A stretch of 64,000 bases of DNA from Marvinbryantia formatexigens. Lineage in GTDB: Bacteria > Bacillota > Clostridia > Oscillospirales > Ruminococcaceae. The number at the start of each line of letters is the position of its first letter. Position 1 is the first letter of the stretch. Made by a program: the position numbers and the translations under genes. Below the pieces are notes generated by a model. It did not search any database and was not told the DNA's origin. It was given only the letters and a program-made list of their open reading frames with translations. The stretch covers positions 7,658 through 71,657 of the forward strand of contig JAETPU010000007.1 of the NCBI GenBank assembly GCA_021771035.1, written 5' to 3'. Below are positions 1-8,490 of the stretch, piece by piece.

Positions 1-614
1 GCGATGAAGGATTCCCGCCGCTGGTTTCAAAGGAACAGTGGGAAGAAGCAGCTTTCCTCAGAGCAGCCAAGGCAAAGCAATATGGCGGCAGCCTACCTGC
101 GGAAATGAAAAAAATCCGCCAGAAGATCTGCTGTGGAAACTGTGGGCAAATCCTCAAGCGAGTCAATATGCGGACAGGATACATCCTGTGGGAATGCCCA
201 AAATGCGGAATCAGCACAGACTACATACCAGACGAACTATTGCTGCAAAGCGTGACTGCCCTATTAAACCGGGCAATTGAAAACCGGGAAAAGCTGAAAC
301 CGGAAGAAAGGCATTGTGAATGCTTATCCATCGAAGTCCTCCGGCTGAATAATGAAATTGACCGGCAGATGACCAATCCCCACGCTAATGCGGATCAACT
401 GCTCCAGCTTATCATGGATTGTGCCAAAGCGAAATACGAAGTCAGCGAAAGCGGTGCTTCGGAGCAGATGACTCAGCTTATACAGGAACGGCTGGCCGAT
501 CAACCCCTGATTTCTGACTTCGACTACGACCTGTTTAGCAGCATAGCAGAGAAAATCCTTATTCAGCCAAATACTTCCGTTCACCTTCAACTGCAAAACG
601 GAAAAGTGATATAA
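1..614 (+). CDS. Large serine recombinase, C-terminal part (5' end lies outside the window)
   Basis: Frame 3 is open from the window edge (DEGFPPLVSKEQWEEAAFLRAAKAKQYGGSLPAEMKKIRQKICCGNCGQ...). A CGNCG...CPKCG zinc ribbon is followed by a helical tail, which is the C-terminal layout of large serine recombinases. It lies directly upstream of a complete recombinase. Confidence 0.6.
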   Translation, partial: DEGFPPLVSKEQWEEAAFLRAAKAKQYGGSLPAEMKKIRQKICCGNCGQILKRVNMRTGYILWECPKCGISTDYIPDELLLQSVTALLNRAIENREKLKPEERHCECLSIEVLRLNNEIDRQMTNPHANADQLLQLIMDCAKAKYEVSESGASEQMTQLIQERLADQPLISDFDYDLFSSIAEKILIQPNTSVHLQLQNGKVI

Positions 615-636
615 CCTACCGGAAAGGAGCATTTAT

Positions 637-2280
637 ATGGAGCCACAAACCCCCATCAGGCAAAAAATCATCCGGGAGATTAAACCCTCCCCAGTGCTGC
701 AGGCCCGAACCCGCAATCACAGGCTAAGGGTAGCGGCTTACTGCCGAGTCAGTACAGAGCAGGAAGAACAGCAGACCAGTATCGAAAACCAAATCACCTA
801 CTATGACGACTTGATTCGCTCGAATCCTGAATGGGAATATGCTGGCGTTTTTTCAGACGATGGCATAAGCGGAACGAGAGATGAGAACCGTCCCGGCTTT
901 ATGGAAATGATAAAGCAGTGCAAAAAGGGAAAAATCGACATGATACTGGCAAAGTCACTATCCCGTTTTTCCCGAAATACCCTTCAATGTATTTCATACA
1001 TACGAATGCTAAAGGACCGGGGCATCATCATCCGGTTTGAAAAAGAAGGGCTGGATACCTCCCGTGTAACCAGCGAAATATTCTTCACATGGACCAGCGC
1101 CTTCGCCCAAGGCGAAAGCGAATCTCTGAGCAACAATGTCAAATGGGGTAAACGAAAAGGCTACAGTCAAGGAAATTTCGCCTTTCCCTATAAGAGCCTG
1201 CTGGGATACAAAAAAGGTGAGGATGGAGAACCGGAGATCATACCGGAAGAAGCAGAGCAGATCAAACTGATATTTAACCTGTTTCTGCTGGGCAGAAGCA
1301 TGCGCCAGATCAAGGAAGCGTTAGAGCGAAGGAATATTCTGACGCCCAAAGGGAAAACAGAATGGTCACTAAGCACGATTGAAAGCATTTTGAAAAATGA
1401 AAAATACATGGGTGATGTACTGCTGCAAAAGAGCTATACCGCTGATTTTCTCAGTAAGAAAAAGAAGAAAAACAATGGAGAACTCACTCAATATTACATC
1501 ACCGACAATCACCCAGCTATCATCCCTCGTGAGGATTTCCTAAACGTCCAGCTGGAACTTACACGCCGGAACAGCAAAAAGAAGGTAACAAAAAAGAAAT
1601 CTAAAAGCGAACTCAGCAGGTACACCAGCCAATATTCCCTAAGCGAAAGGTTAGTGTGCGGAGAATGCGGTTCCATGTACCGCAGAACTACTTGGGCCAA
1701 AAAAGGCAAGAAAAAAGTAGTCTGGCGTTGCATCAGCCGTTTGGAATTCGGAACGAAATACTGTCAGCATTCACCAACCCTTTTAGAAGAAACCCTGCAC
1801 CAAGCAATTTTGCAATGTATTCAAAAAGTGGTTGAGGATAAGGAAGATATCCTGAAAACCCTGCGCGACGTTCAAGAAAACATTATCCTGTTTTCCGGGA
1901 ATCAAGTCACACCGCAATCACTGGAAAAGCAAATAGACAAGCTGCAGCAGGAAATGTCGGCCTTAGTCAAAATCGTTGCCCAAGGCGGCGACAGCGACTT
2001 CTATGCCGCCAAGCTGCGGCAGCTTTCCGAACAAAAAATGGCCCTCACAAACCAACTGCAGGAAATCCAGAAAAAGAAGATGGCTGATCAGGCACAGGAA
2101 TACCAATACCAGCAAGCCCTGCTTTATATCAACAACGAGGAAAACTTGAACCTTACCGAATTTAATGATGACTTTATCCGAAGAATCATTGAACAGGTGA
2201 CCGTCCTATCAGCCACTCAAGTCAGAATACAGTTTGTCGCCGGGTACGAGCAAGACGCATGCCTACCACTGAAGAAATAG
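637..2280 (+). CDS. Large serine recombinase (resolvase/invertase N-terminal domain + recombinase domain + zinc ribbon + coiled coil)
   Basis: 547 aa. Resolvase catalytic domain RVAAYCRVSTEQEEQQTSIENQ ... LAKSLSRFSRN. CGECGSMY...WRC zinc ribbon and a long Q/E-rich coiled-coil tail. GAAAGGAG RBS 7 nt upstream of the ATG. Confidence 0.93.
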   Translation: MEPQTPIRQKIIREIKPSPVLQARTRNHRLRVAAYCRVSTEQEEQQTSIENQITYYDDLIRSNPEWEYAGVFSDDGISGTRDENRPGFMEMIKQCKKGKIDMILAKSLSRFSRNTLQCISYIRMLKDRGIIIRFEKEGLDTSRVTSEIFFTWTSAFAQGESESLSNNVKWGKRKGYSQGNFAFPYKSLLGYKKGEDGEPEIIPEEAEQIKLIFNLFLLGRSMRQIKEALERRNILTPKGKTEWSLSTIESILKNEKYMGDVLLQKSYTADFLSKKKKKNNGELTQYYITDNHPAIIPREDFLNVQLELTRRNSKKKVTKKKSKSELSRYTSQYSLSERLVCGECGSMYRRTTWAKKGKKKVVWRCISRLEFGTKYCQHSPTLLEETLHQAILQCIQKVVEDKEDILKTLRDVQENIILFSGNQVTPQSLEKQIDKLQQEMSALVKIVAQGGDSDFYAAKLRQLSEQKMALTNQLQEIQKKKMADQAQEYQYQQALLYINNEENLNLTEFNDDFIRRIIEQVTVLSATQVRIQFVAGYEQDACLPLKK

Positions 2281-2299
2281 GTTGCCTGCAAAAAAATAG

Positions 2300-2342
2300 C
2301 ACCGATAACCTCAAGCCGGGGGACATCGGTGTTGTTTTTTTT
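2300..2342 (+). terminator. Putative intrinsic terminator after the recombinase gene
   Basis: CACCGAT ... ATCGGTG stem (7 bp, large loop) followed by TTGTTTTTTTT. Confidence 0.5.
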
Positions 2343-2401
2343 GGCTAATTCTTATGGCTTGATCAAAATACAAATATATGAGATTTTCTCTCAATTAAAT
2401 A

Positions 2402-2430
2402 TTGATTTTATTTCGATATGGCGCTATAAT
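2402..2430 (+). promoter_or_regulatory. Sigma-A type promoter of the four-gene cassette
   Basis: TTGATT, a 17 nt spacer, then TATAAT. GGGAGAG RBS and the ATG at 2451 follow about 20 nt downstream. Confidence 0.5.
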
Positions 2431-2450
2431 AGGCTTGGGAGAGTGAAAAA

Positions 2451-3734
2451 ATGTTTACCAAGTTTATTTTTCGTAATTTTAAGTCTTTTCGGGATGATAC
2501 CACACTGGATTTGTCTGCGTCTAAAATCACAGAATATGCCGATCATTTATTTGATACCGGCGTTGAAAAGGTTTTACCGACTATCGCTATCTATGGAGCC
2601 AATGCAAGTGGTAAATCCAACGTTTATCAGGCTTTTGAATATATGAGTCAGTATGTTGCAAACTCCTTTAAATTTGGCGGAGATGACGATTTAAATCAAA
2701 AGTCGGATTTTGACTATATGAAACCTACTCCCTTTTTGTTTGATAGCAAAAGCAAAGATCAAGAGTCTTTATTTGAGGTCTACTTCGTAGATACAAGTAG
2801 TGAATCCATAAAATCATATCAATATGGCTTTGCGGTAAATTCCCAGGGTGTCACACGAGAATGGTTGAATCGAAAAGCTAAGACAGCAAGAGCATATAAG
2901 CGAATTTTTTACCGGGATGGCGAAACATTAGATTTAACTGGAATTCCGGCCAAATACCGTGAAAACTTAGAGGTCTCTTTGGAACGAGAGGTTTTGATCT
3001 CATCCTTAGGAGCAAAGCTGAAAATCCCTAAACTCAAATTTATTAGAGATTGGTTTTTACAAAATGAATTTGCGGATTTCGGGGACCCTGCTGAAAGCTT
3101 CTTTATGTCTCGGTTTTTGCCTGCGGGCTTCGTTGATAGCCAAGAAGTACAGGATAACATTGTAAAATTCTTTACTGCCTTTGATGACTCCATCAAGGGA
3201 TTCCATATAGAAAAGGTTGCTTCCTCTGATTCTGATAAAAAGGAAGAGCACTACACGATAGACGCTATTCACTCCATGATTGATTCGGATGAAACAGCAT
3301 CCATTCCCCTGCGTTTGGAATCTGACGGAACGCTGAAAATGTTTGCATTGTATCCGGTTCTACAAGAGGTGTTAGAACGTGGCAGCGTATTGTTTATAGA
3401 CGAACTTAATGCAAGACTACATCCTTTGCTTGTAAAAAACTTTATTCATACTTTTTTGACTCCTGAATTAAACCCACATAGGGCGCAATTGGTTTTTACG
3501 ACCCATGATACATGGCAGTTATCTACTGACATCCTCAGACGTGATGAAATTTATTTTACACAGAAGGATAAGCAGGGAATTTCGCATTTATATTCATTGG
3601 CAGATTGTGTTGACGAAGATGGAATTAAAATCCGGAAGGATGAAAATTTTGAGAAGAACTATTTGAATGGGAAGTATGAGGGAATACCATGCATCCGAGA
3701 GTTTCACATTACCGAACTTAGTAAAGATAGTTAA
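2451..3734 (+). CDS. ABC/SMC-like AAA ATPase (AAA_15/AAA_21-type), cassette gene 1
   Basis: 427 aa. Walker A GANASGKS, signature-like ESDGTLKM, Walker B VLFIDELNARLHP, H-loop FTTHD. Same ATPase class as Septu PtuA, PARIS AriA and AbiL-like proteins (class-level statement only). Confidence 0.85.
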   Translation: MFTKFIFRNFKSFRDDTTLDLSASKITEYADHLFDTGVEKVLPTIAIYGANASGKSNVYQAFEYMSQYVANSFKFGGDDDLNQKSDFDYMKPTPFLFDSKSKDQESLFEVYFVDTSSESIKSYQYGFAVNSQGVTREWLNRKAKTARAYKRIFYRDGETLDLTGIPAKYRENLEVSLEREVLISSLGAKLKIPKLKFIRDWFLQNEFADFGDPAESFFMSRFLPAGFVDSQEVQDNIVKFFTAFDDSIKGFHIEKVASSDSDKKEEHYTIDAIHSMIDSDETASIPLRLESDGTLKMFALYPVLQEVLERGSVLFIDELNARLHPLLVKNFIHTFLTPELNPHRAQLVFTTHDTWQLSTDILRRDEIYFTQKDKQGISHLYSLADCVDEDGIKIRKDENFEKNYLNGKYEGIPCIREFHITELSKDS

Positions 3735-3808
3735 TGGATCCATATTATTGATCCGATTTTAAAATAGTTAAATTAAACCTTGTGTAAATAGAAAGGAAAG
3801 GTATAGTT

Positions 3809-4741
3809 ATGAAATTAAAAGCGTTGAGTCATTATGATGGCGATATGGACACAAGATTTGGGGATTGTATCCTTCTATATGATTCTAATACCCTTATTGT
3901 ATACGATTGTGGTCACACTAAGCATTCAGAAACAATAAAATCATTCTTGCAATCTACTCCATCAGTTTCTCAGATACATATTGTGATTTCCCATAACGAC
4001 AGCGATCACACAGATGGTGTAATAGATTTGCTTGATTATTTGAACGATAACAATTACAACACGTCGGTATACTCATCCTTATATCTAAAGCATACAAAAG
4101 AAGTCATGGAGTTACTTGATGATGATAGAAGAACCAAATCGGCGACCAAGGAACACATTCTGGAAAATTTTGATAATATCGCAGAAATCATTGAAAAAGC
4201 TGAGGACTATTCCTTTACTATCGTAGATGCAACGGTTGATACAACTGTTGCTTCCGCAAAAATTGTGGGACCAACAGAAGAAGAATTCGTAGCAGTAGTT
4301 GCCCAAGCAATTAAAGATGATACCGTCACCCAAATTGAAGGAGAAACGGTTATGAATGCAGCCAGCATTCAGCTAAAATCTACATTAACTGATGAAAAGG
4401 TGGTTTTGCTATGCGGAGATGCCTCTCCGTCATATTTGCACGATCTTGACAGCTACGATATTATACAGTTACCACATCACGGCCAGTTAGATGATGCTAA
4501 AGCTATTTTTCAAGAACTCGGTGATTCCGCATATAGAAAGACATTTCTAATCTCAGATAATACTGGATCTGCTGGAAATAGTGGTGGTTCAGTTAAGCTA
4601 AAGAGTTATATGCAAGAAGAATATTATACGGCTGCGCTGAACACTCAGGATGGAGTAATTGAATTGCCTGATGATGTTAGTAGCCACATCGGGATTCAAA
4701 CGCAAAGGAGAACTTATTACGGTGATTTGGGTAGTATCTAA
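3809..4741 (+). CDS. Metallo-beta-lactamase-fold hydrolase, ComEC/Rec2-like motif order, variant metal motif; cassette gene 2
   Basis: 310 aa. Motif order is GDCILL..VYDCGH, then ISHNDSDHTDG (at the HxHxDH position but reading H-N-D-S-D-H), then LLCGDAS, then LPHHGQ. GAAAGGAAAGG RBS upstream. Confidence 0.7.
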   Translation: MKLKALSHYDGDMDTRFGDCILLYDSNTLIVYDCGHTKHSETIKSFLQSTPSVSQIHIVISHNDSDHTDGVIDLLDYLNDNNYNTSVYSSLYLKHTKEVMELLDDDRRTKSATKEHILENFDNIAEIIEKAEDYSFTIVDATVDTTVASAKIVGPTEEEFVAVVAQAIKDDTVTQIEGETVMNAASIQLKSTLTDEKVVLLCGDASPSYLHDLDSYDIIQLPHHGQLDDAKAIFQELGDSAYRKTFLISDNTGSAGNSGGSVKLKSYMQEEYYTAALNTQDGVIELPDDVSSHIGIQTQRRTYYGDLGSI

Positions 4742-5237
4742 ATCTATCTGCAGCTCTTCAGAAGAGTTGGATTGTAGACGCCAGTATATTAGGGATGTAA
4801 CAAAAGCTGAAGTGTCTTGTTGGTCAGAATCAAATTGTGAATATAAACGGTTTGGCCTTAAACGAACTTGTGCTTTTTATGTTTGCCAGTCTAAAAAGGG
4901 TGAGTATGGAATGATAATAACTGCACATATTCACGAAATAGGGGCCATATTTGAAAGTATAGCATCCAGAAAACGTGCTATAGTTGTTATTAACTCCTGT
5001 GAGATCGAAAAGACTATTTCAAGTGTATTTTTGTCCATAGTAAGGCAAAAGAACAATTCTTCTGAATTGTTCTATGCATACCAAGAAAGAGAGAGCCACG
5101 GGCTACTTGTCAATTATGCTGACAACCTTGGAACTTTTGGTTTCAGCACCACCCTATCTGAACGGATGCTATTTAGGCAAAGGCACGAGGGCTTTATAAA
5201 GGCTATTAGGAATTCATTCCAAAAGGTGGTGCCATAA
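4722..5237 (+). CDS. Hypothetical Cys-rich protein, cassette gene 3 (start uncertain; GTG 4722 preferred, ATG near 4912 possible)
   Basis: The frame stays open through AT-rich DNA from 4659. AAGGAG lies 11 nt before GTG 4722, overlapping the MBL gene by 20 nt. The N-terminus has six Cys (CSSSEELDC...CWSESNC...CAFYVC). No family recognised. Confidence 0.45.
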   Translation: MIWVVSKSICSSSEELDCRRQYIRDVTKAEVSCWSESNCEYKRFGLKRTCAFYVCQSKKGEYGMIITAHIHEIGAIFESIASRKRAIVVINSCEIEKTISSVFLSIVRQKNNSSELFYAYQERESHGLLVNYADNLGTFGFSTTLSERMLFRQRHEGFIKAIRNSFQKVVP

Positions 5238-5761
5238 TGAATCAAATACTGGAAAAATTAGGTTCATATCAAATTTTAACCAACCTTTTGCCAGGAGCTT
5301 TCTTTGGCGTAAGTCTTAAATTTTTCTTTGGCATAAATATTTCAACTGAGAATTTTGGAGAAGATATTCTGATATACTATTTAATCGGATTGATTATCAA
5401 TCGCGTTGGTGCATTAATCACAGAACCTTTTTTGAAGAAAATTCGTTTTATAAAATTCGCACCATACGCAGAATTTGTGCAAGCACTAAAAAGTGATTCA
5501 AAGATAGATATATTATCAGAAATCAATAATCTTTTTCGTTCTATATTAACTTGTATCGTGTTATTACCTTTAGCAAGACTTGGGCAAGTACTATCTTTAA
5601 ATTGGTTGTGGTTTTCTAAAAACTGGAAATGGTTTGTCATAATTTTTATTTTAGTTTTGTTTTTATTTGCATATCGACAACAGAGCAGCTACATCTGTAA
5701 ACGAGTAATGATAAGCAATAACAAGACTAAAGAGGGCAAGAGTGCCACGAAAAATAATTAA
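5237..5761 (+). CDS. Hypothetical membrane protein (about 4 TM segments), cassette gene 4
   Basis: 174 aa. The ATG overlaps the preceding TAA by 1 nt (TAATG). Hydrophobic stretches: ILTNLLPGAFFGVSLKFFFGI, ILIYYLIGLIINRVGALI, ILTCIVLLPLARLGQVL, WFVIIFILVLFLFAY. Confidence 0.6.
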   Translation: MNQILEKLGSYQILTNLLPGAFFGVSLKFFFGINISTENFGEDILIYYLIGLIINRVGALITEPFLKKIRFIKFAPYAEFVQALKSDSKIDILSEINNLFRSILTCIVLLPLARLGQVLSLNWLWFSKNWKWFVIIFILVLFLFAYRQQSSYICKRVMISNNKTKEGKSATKNN

Positions 5762-6071
5762 ATAAATTTGAATGTGAAAATTTTATTGTTGATGGTCATT
5801 TGAAAGGGGTATCTAAACCGTTCGCCCCTTCCATGTCGGGGCAAAGTTCGCTTTGCTCCGACTTATTTTTTGTCTGCAACAGAAAATAAATCCTCCGCCC
5901 GCTTCCTTGCGCCTCCTCTTACGCAAAAAGTCACGCTGGGCTCACCTGTTCGGTTGTAAACGCCCTCACGACGGCTCACTGTCGCTGCGAACTTTTTGCG
6001 GGTTCGCGAGGGTTCAAATCCACCTTTGAAAAAATATCAGAGGTTCTGTTTGTCTCACCCTGCCATATGTT

Positions 6072-6117
6072 GAAAGAAGCTGATTGTTTTACAACAATCG
6101 GCTTCTTTCGCGTTTTG
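6072..6117 (+). terminator. Long hairpin, terminator-like
   Basis: GAAAGAAGCTGATTGTT / AACAATCGGCTTCTTTC, a 17-bp stem with one G-U pair and a 4-nt loop, followed by GCGTTTTG. Confidence 0.45.
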
Positions 6118-6645
6118 TCCGATAGATATGATGACGTTCGCTTCACGCAAGAGCGGGACGGGCGTCAAAGCGATGTCCAACCAAAACGGCTGTATTGGGG
6201 TAAGGGAGAATCTTTGGCATCATGGGGAGGACAGCGCCGGTATTCTTTCAGCAGAGCCGGCATACAGTCCGGGGCTGCTGGGCAAATCCCGGGTAGTATA
6301 GCTTTTTTCTATAGCAAGTTATGAATTCTAAGTATTTGCTATTTGTATGGTACAGACGTATACTGAAGTTAAAAGAACAGGAACGGTATCCGCTGTACTG
6401 TGGGAAACCGGAAAAAGGCAGGGCTCAACGGTGGCTGTCCTGGTTGGGGTTTATAGCTCTGCCAATACCGTGGTGGGGCAGCCTCTATTCTTGGCTGCCG
6501 CGGCGAATGCTGTCCCGGCGGGAATCTGGAAATACGCGGTTTGGCGGCGTGCAGGGTTTATTCTATGATTGGAAAGCCCGGGCTCCTATCTTAGTGCACG
6601 GTGAAAAAACAGCTGCCAAACAGTGAATGGGGGAGAAAGGAAAAG

Positions 6646-6877
6646 ATGCGAAATTCACCCTCGGCTCAGGCGCTCCTTGAGAATTTGCGGGATGCGGGAT
6701 GCGGGATGCGGTTCCGGCCTGGTGGAGAGATTTTTAACTCTTGAGGAAAGCAACGATGTAAAAGGCCAGCTGGACCTGCTGTGTGCGCATCGGGAACAGC
6801 TTATAAAAAGGGTGCATCGGGAGGAAGCGAAAATTTGCTGCCTGGATTATTTGACATACCAGCTGAAGAAAAAATAA
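6646..6877 (+). pseudogene. Small conserved-looking protein (LRDAGC...LVERFL...CLDYLxY motif) split by a frameshift inside a 7-bp tandem repeat
   Basis: ATG 6646 has a strong GGGGGAGAAAGG RBS and encodes MRNSPSAQALLENLRDAGCG, then stops at 6744. The +1 frame continues as RDAGCGSGLVERFLTLEESNDVKGQLDLLCAHREQLIKRVHREEAKICCLDYLTYQLKKK to 6877. Removing one GCGGGAT unit joins both halves. Confidence 0.5.
6687..6711. repeat. GCGGGAT x3.6 tandem repeat
   Basis: Read directly: gcgggat gcgggat gcgggat gcgg. Confidence 0.95.
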
Positions 6878-6912
6878 ACCACAACTGAAAGGAAATAAAG
6901 GAGGAAAGCGCA

Positions 6913-7785
6913 ATGACTGCTTATGAAAATCAGACCTTCGATATGGAGAGGGCGCTTTATGGGATGCATGGGCTTACCGTGCGGGATTGTGCGTTTGACG
7001 GCCCGGCTGACGGGGAAAGCGCTTTCAAAGAGTGCGGGGATGTTCAGGTGGATCGCTGCTATTTCAATCTGCGCTATCCCTTCTGGCACGATCACAAACT
7101 GACAATCCGCAATTCCCAGATGACGGAACTCTGCCGGGCCGCCCTGTGGTATTCCCATGATATTGAGATTGCGGATACCAAGCTTTACGGCATCAAGGCC
7201 CTGCGGGAGTGCAGCCAGGTGAAGATGCGGGGATGTGAACTCATCTCTGCGGAATTCGGATGGTCTGTACAGGATTTGGAGATGGAGGACTGTACGGCTC
7301 AGAGCGAATATTTTATGATGCGCGCCGCGCGTCTGCGGTTTAAAAATGTACAGCTGAAGGGGAAGTATTCCTTTCAGTATATTCAAGATTCTGTTTTTGA
7401 AAACTGCGTTTTTGATACGAAGGATGCCTTCTGGCACGCCAAAAACGTGTTGGTCCGGGACAGCGTAGTCAAAGGGGAATACCTGGCCTGGTATTGTGAG
7501 AATGTCACCTTCGAGCGCTGTAAGATCATCGGGACACAGCCTCTGTGCTACTGCAAGGGACTCAGGCTCATCGACTGCGAAATGGAGGGGGCGGATTTCG
7601 CGTTTGAAAAAAGCGAGGTTCAGGCCACGGTCACCACTCCGGTCATCAGCATTAAAAATCCCAGTTCCGGTTGTATCACGGTTCCCGCGGTGGGTGAAAT
7701 AATCCGGGATGACTGCAACGCCAAGGGCGAAGTGATAGTCAATGGGCAGCCGGCAGACAACGGAGCTTCCGGCGCCTGCGCATAA
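6913..7785 (+). CDS. Parallel beta-helix-like repeat protein, probably DUF3737 family
   Basis: 290 aa. AAGGAGGAAAG RBS. Repetitive C/F/W-containing approximately 22-aa turns (RDCAFDG, VDRCYFN, IRNSQM, MRGCELI, FENCVFD, FERCKII, LIDCEME). The DUF3737 assignment is from memory of the family and needs an HMM check. Confidence 0.6.
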   Translation: MTAYENQTFDMERALYGMHGLTVRDCAFDGPADGESAFKECGDVQVDRCYFNLRYPFWHDHKLTIRNSQMTELCRAALWYSHDIEIADTKLYGIKALRECSQVKMRGCELISAEFGWSVQDLEMEDCTAQSEYFMMRAARLRFKNVQLKGKYSFQYIQDSVFENCVFDTKDAFWHAKNVLVRDSVVKGEYLAWYCENVTFERCKIIGTQPLCYCKGLRLIDCEMEGADFAFEKSEVQATVTTPVISIKNPSSGCITVPAVGEIIRDDCNAKGEVIVNGQPADNGASGACA

Positions 7786-7884
7786 ACGGCGTAAAACGAG
7801 AGTTCCGAACTTGCCGGGCGGGAGCATACCGCCCTGTGGGGATGGCCGGATGCGGATGACGCAAAGGGAAAGGAAGGGGCAGGA

Positions 7885-8490
7885 TTGAAACGATTCTTTG
7901 CGGCGGCGCTAGGCGTTCTGCTGTCGCTGTGCCTGGCCGCCTGTTCGGGAACTCAGGGGCGGCACAAGGCGCCTTTTGATTCAATGCCGTGCACCCAGGG
8001 AGAGGACAGCGGAATTTCCGTGCCGGTTTCCCAGGGGAACGCCGCCCAGCAGGACTGCCGGACGCCCGGCGGGACCTCACAGGGGCAAACCATTACAAAC
8101 CAGGCGCCGGAGGAGCCGGCAAAAACGGAGGACGCCGCGGTGAAACTCAACATTCAAGTTGGACCAAGGCTCTTTTCCGCCGTTTTGGAGGACAATGCGG
8201 CGGCGCGTGCGTTTGCCGGGATGCTGCGGGAAGCGCCGTTGGTTCTGCAGATGCGGGAGTATTCCGGATTTGAGAAGGTGGGCTCCCTGGGCAGAAGCCT
8301 TCCCGCCAGTGATCGCCGTACTACTGCTCAACCGGGCGATATCGTTCTTTATAACGGCGACCAAATTGTTTTATTGTATGGCTCCAATTCCTGGAACTAT
8401 ACAAGGCTTGGCACAGTCGAGAGCCTGTCCGGATGGGAGGAAGCCCTCGGCAGCGGGGATGTGAGCGTAACCTTTTGGGCTGCGGACTGA
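7885..8490 (+). CDS. Lipoprotein with C-terminal cyclophilin-like domain
   Basis: TTG start after a GGAAAGGAAGGGG RBS. Lipobox LSLCLAAC-SG. The C-terminal approximately 115 aa (VKLNIQVG..FSAVLEDNAAARAF...GDIVLYNGDQIVLLYG...YTRLG) matches the cyclophilin-like small-domain family pattern. Confidence 0.7.
   Translation: MKRFFAAALGVLLSLCLAACSGTQGRHKAPFDSMPCTQGEDSGISVPVSQGNAAQQDCRTPGGTSQGQTITNQAPEEPAKTEDAAVKLNIQVGPRLFSAVLEDNAAARAFAGMLREAPLVLQMREYSGFEKVGSLGRSLPASDRRTTAQPGDIVLYNGDQIVLLYGSNSWNYTRLGTVESLSGWEEALGSGDVSVTFWAAD

Larger units (their letters stand above)
1..5800. mobile_element. Right-hand part of an integrated element (tandem serine recombinases plus AT-rich cargo); the right boundary is approximate and the left end is outside the window
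   Basis: Two adjacent serine recombinase genes are followed by a cassette at roughly 35% GC in sampled lines, against 50-60% in flanking DNA. Composition changes sharply near 2290 and 5800. No att sites could be defined by eye. Confidence 0.4.

Noticed and set aside
6010-6035. GGTTCAAATCC string resembling a tRNA T-loop
   Set aside because: The flanking bases (GAGGG ... CCACC) cannot form the T-stem, and no acceptor, D or anticodon arms can be drawn on either strand.
6067-6626. ORFs 6067-6324, 6321-6626 and 6347-6568 in the junction region
   Set aside because: They are mutually overlapping frames without RBSs. The products are Arg/Trp/Gly-rich or lack any motif. The 73-aa frame has a hydrophobic tail but no start context, so none can be supported as a gene.
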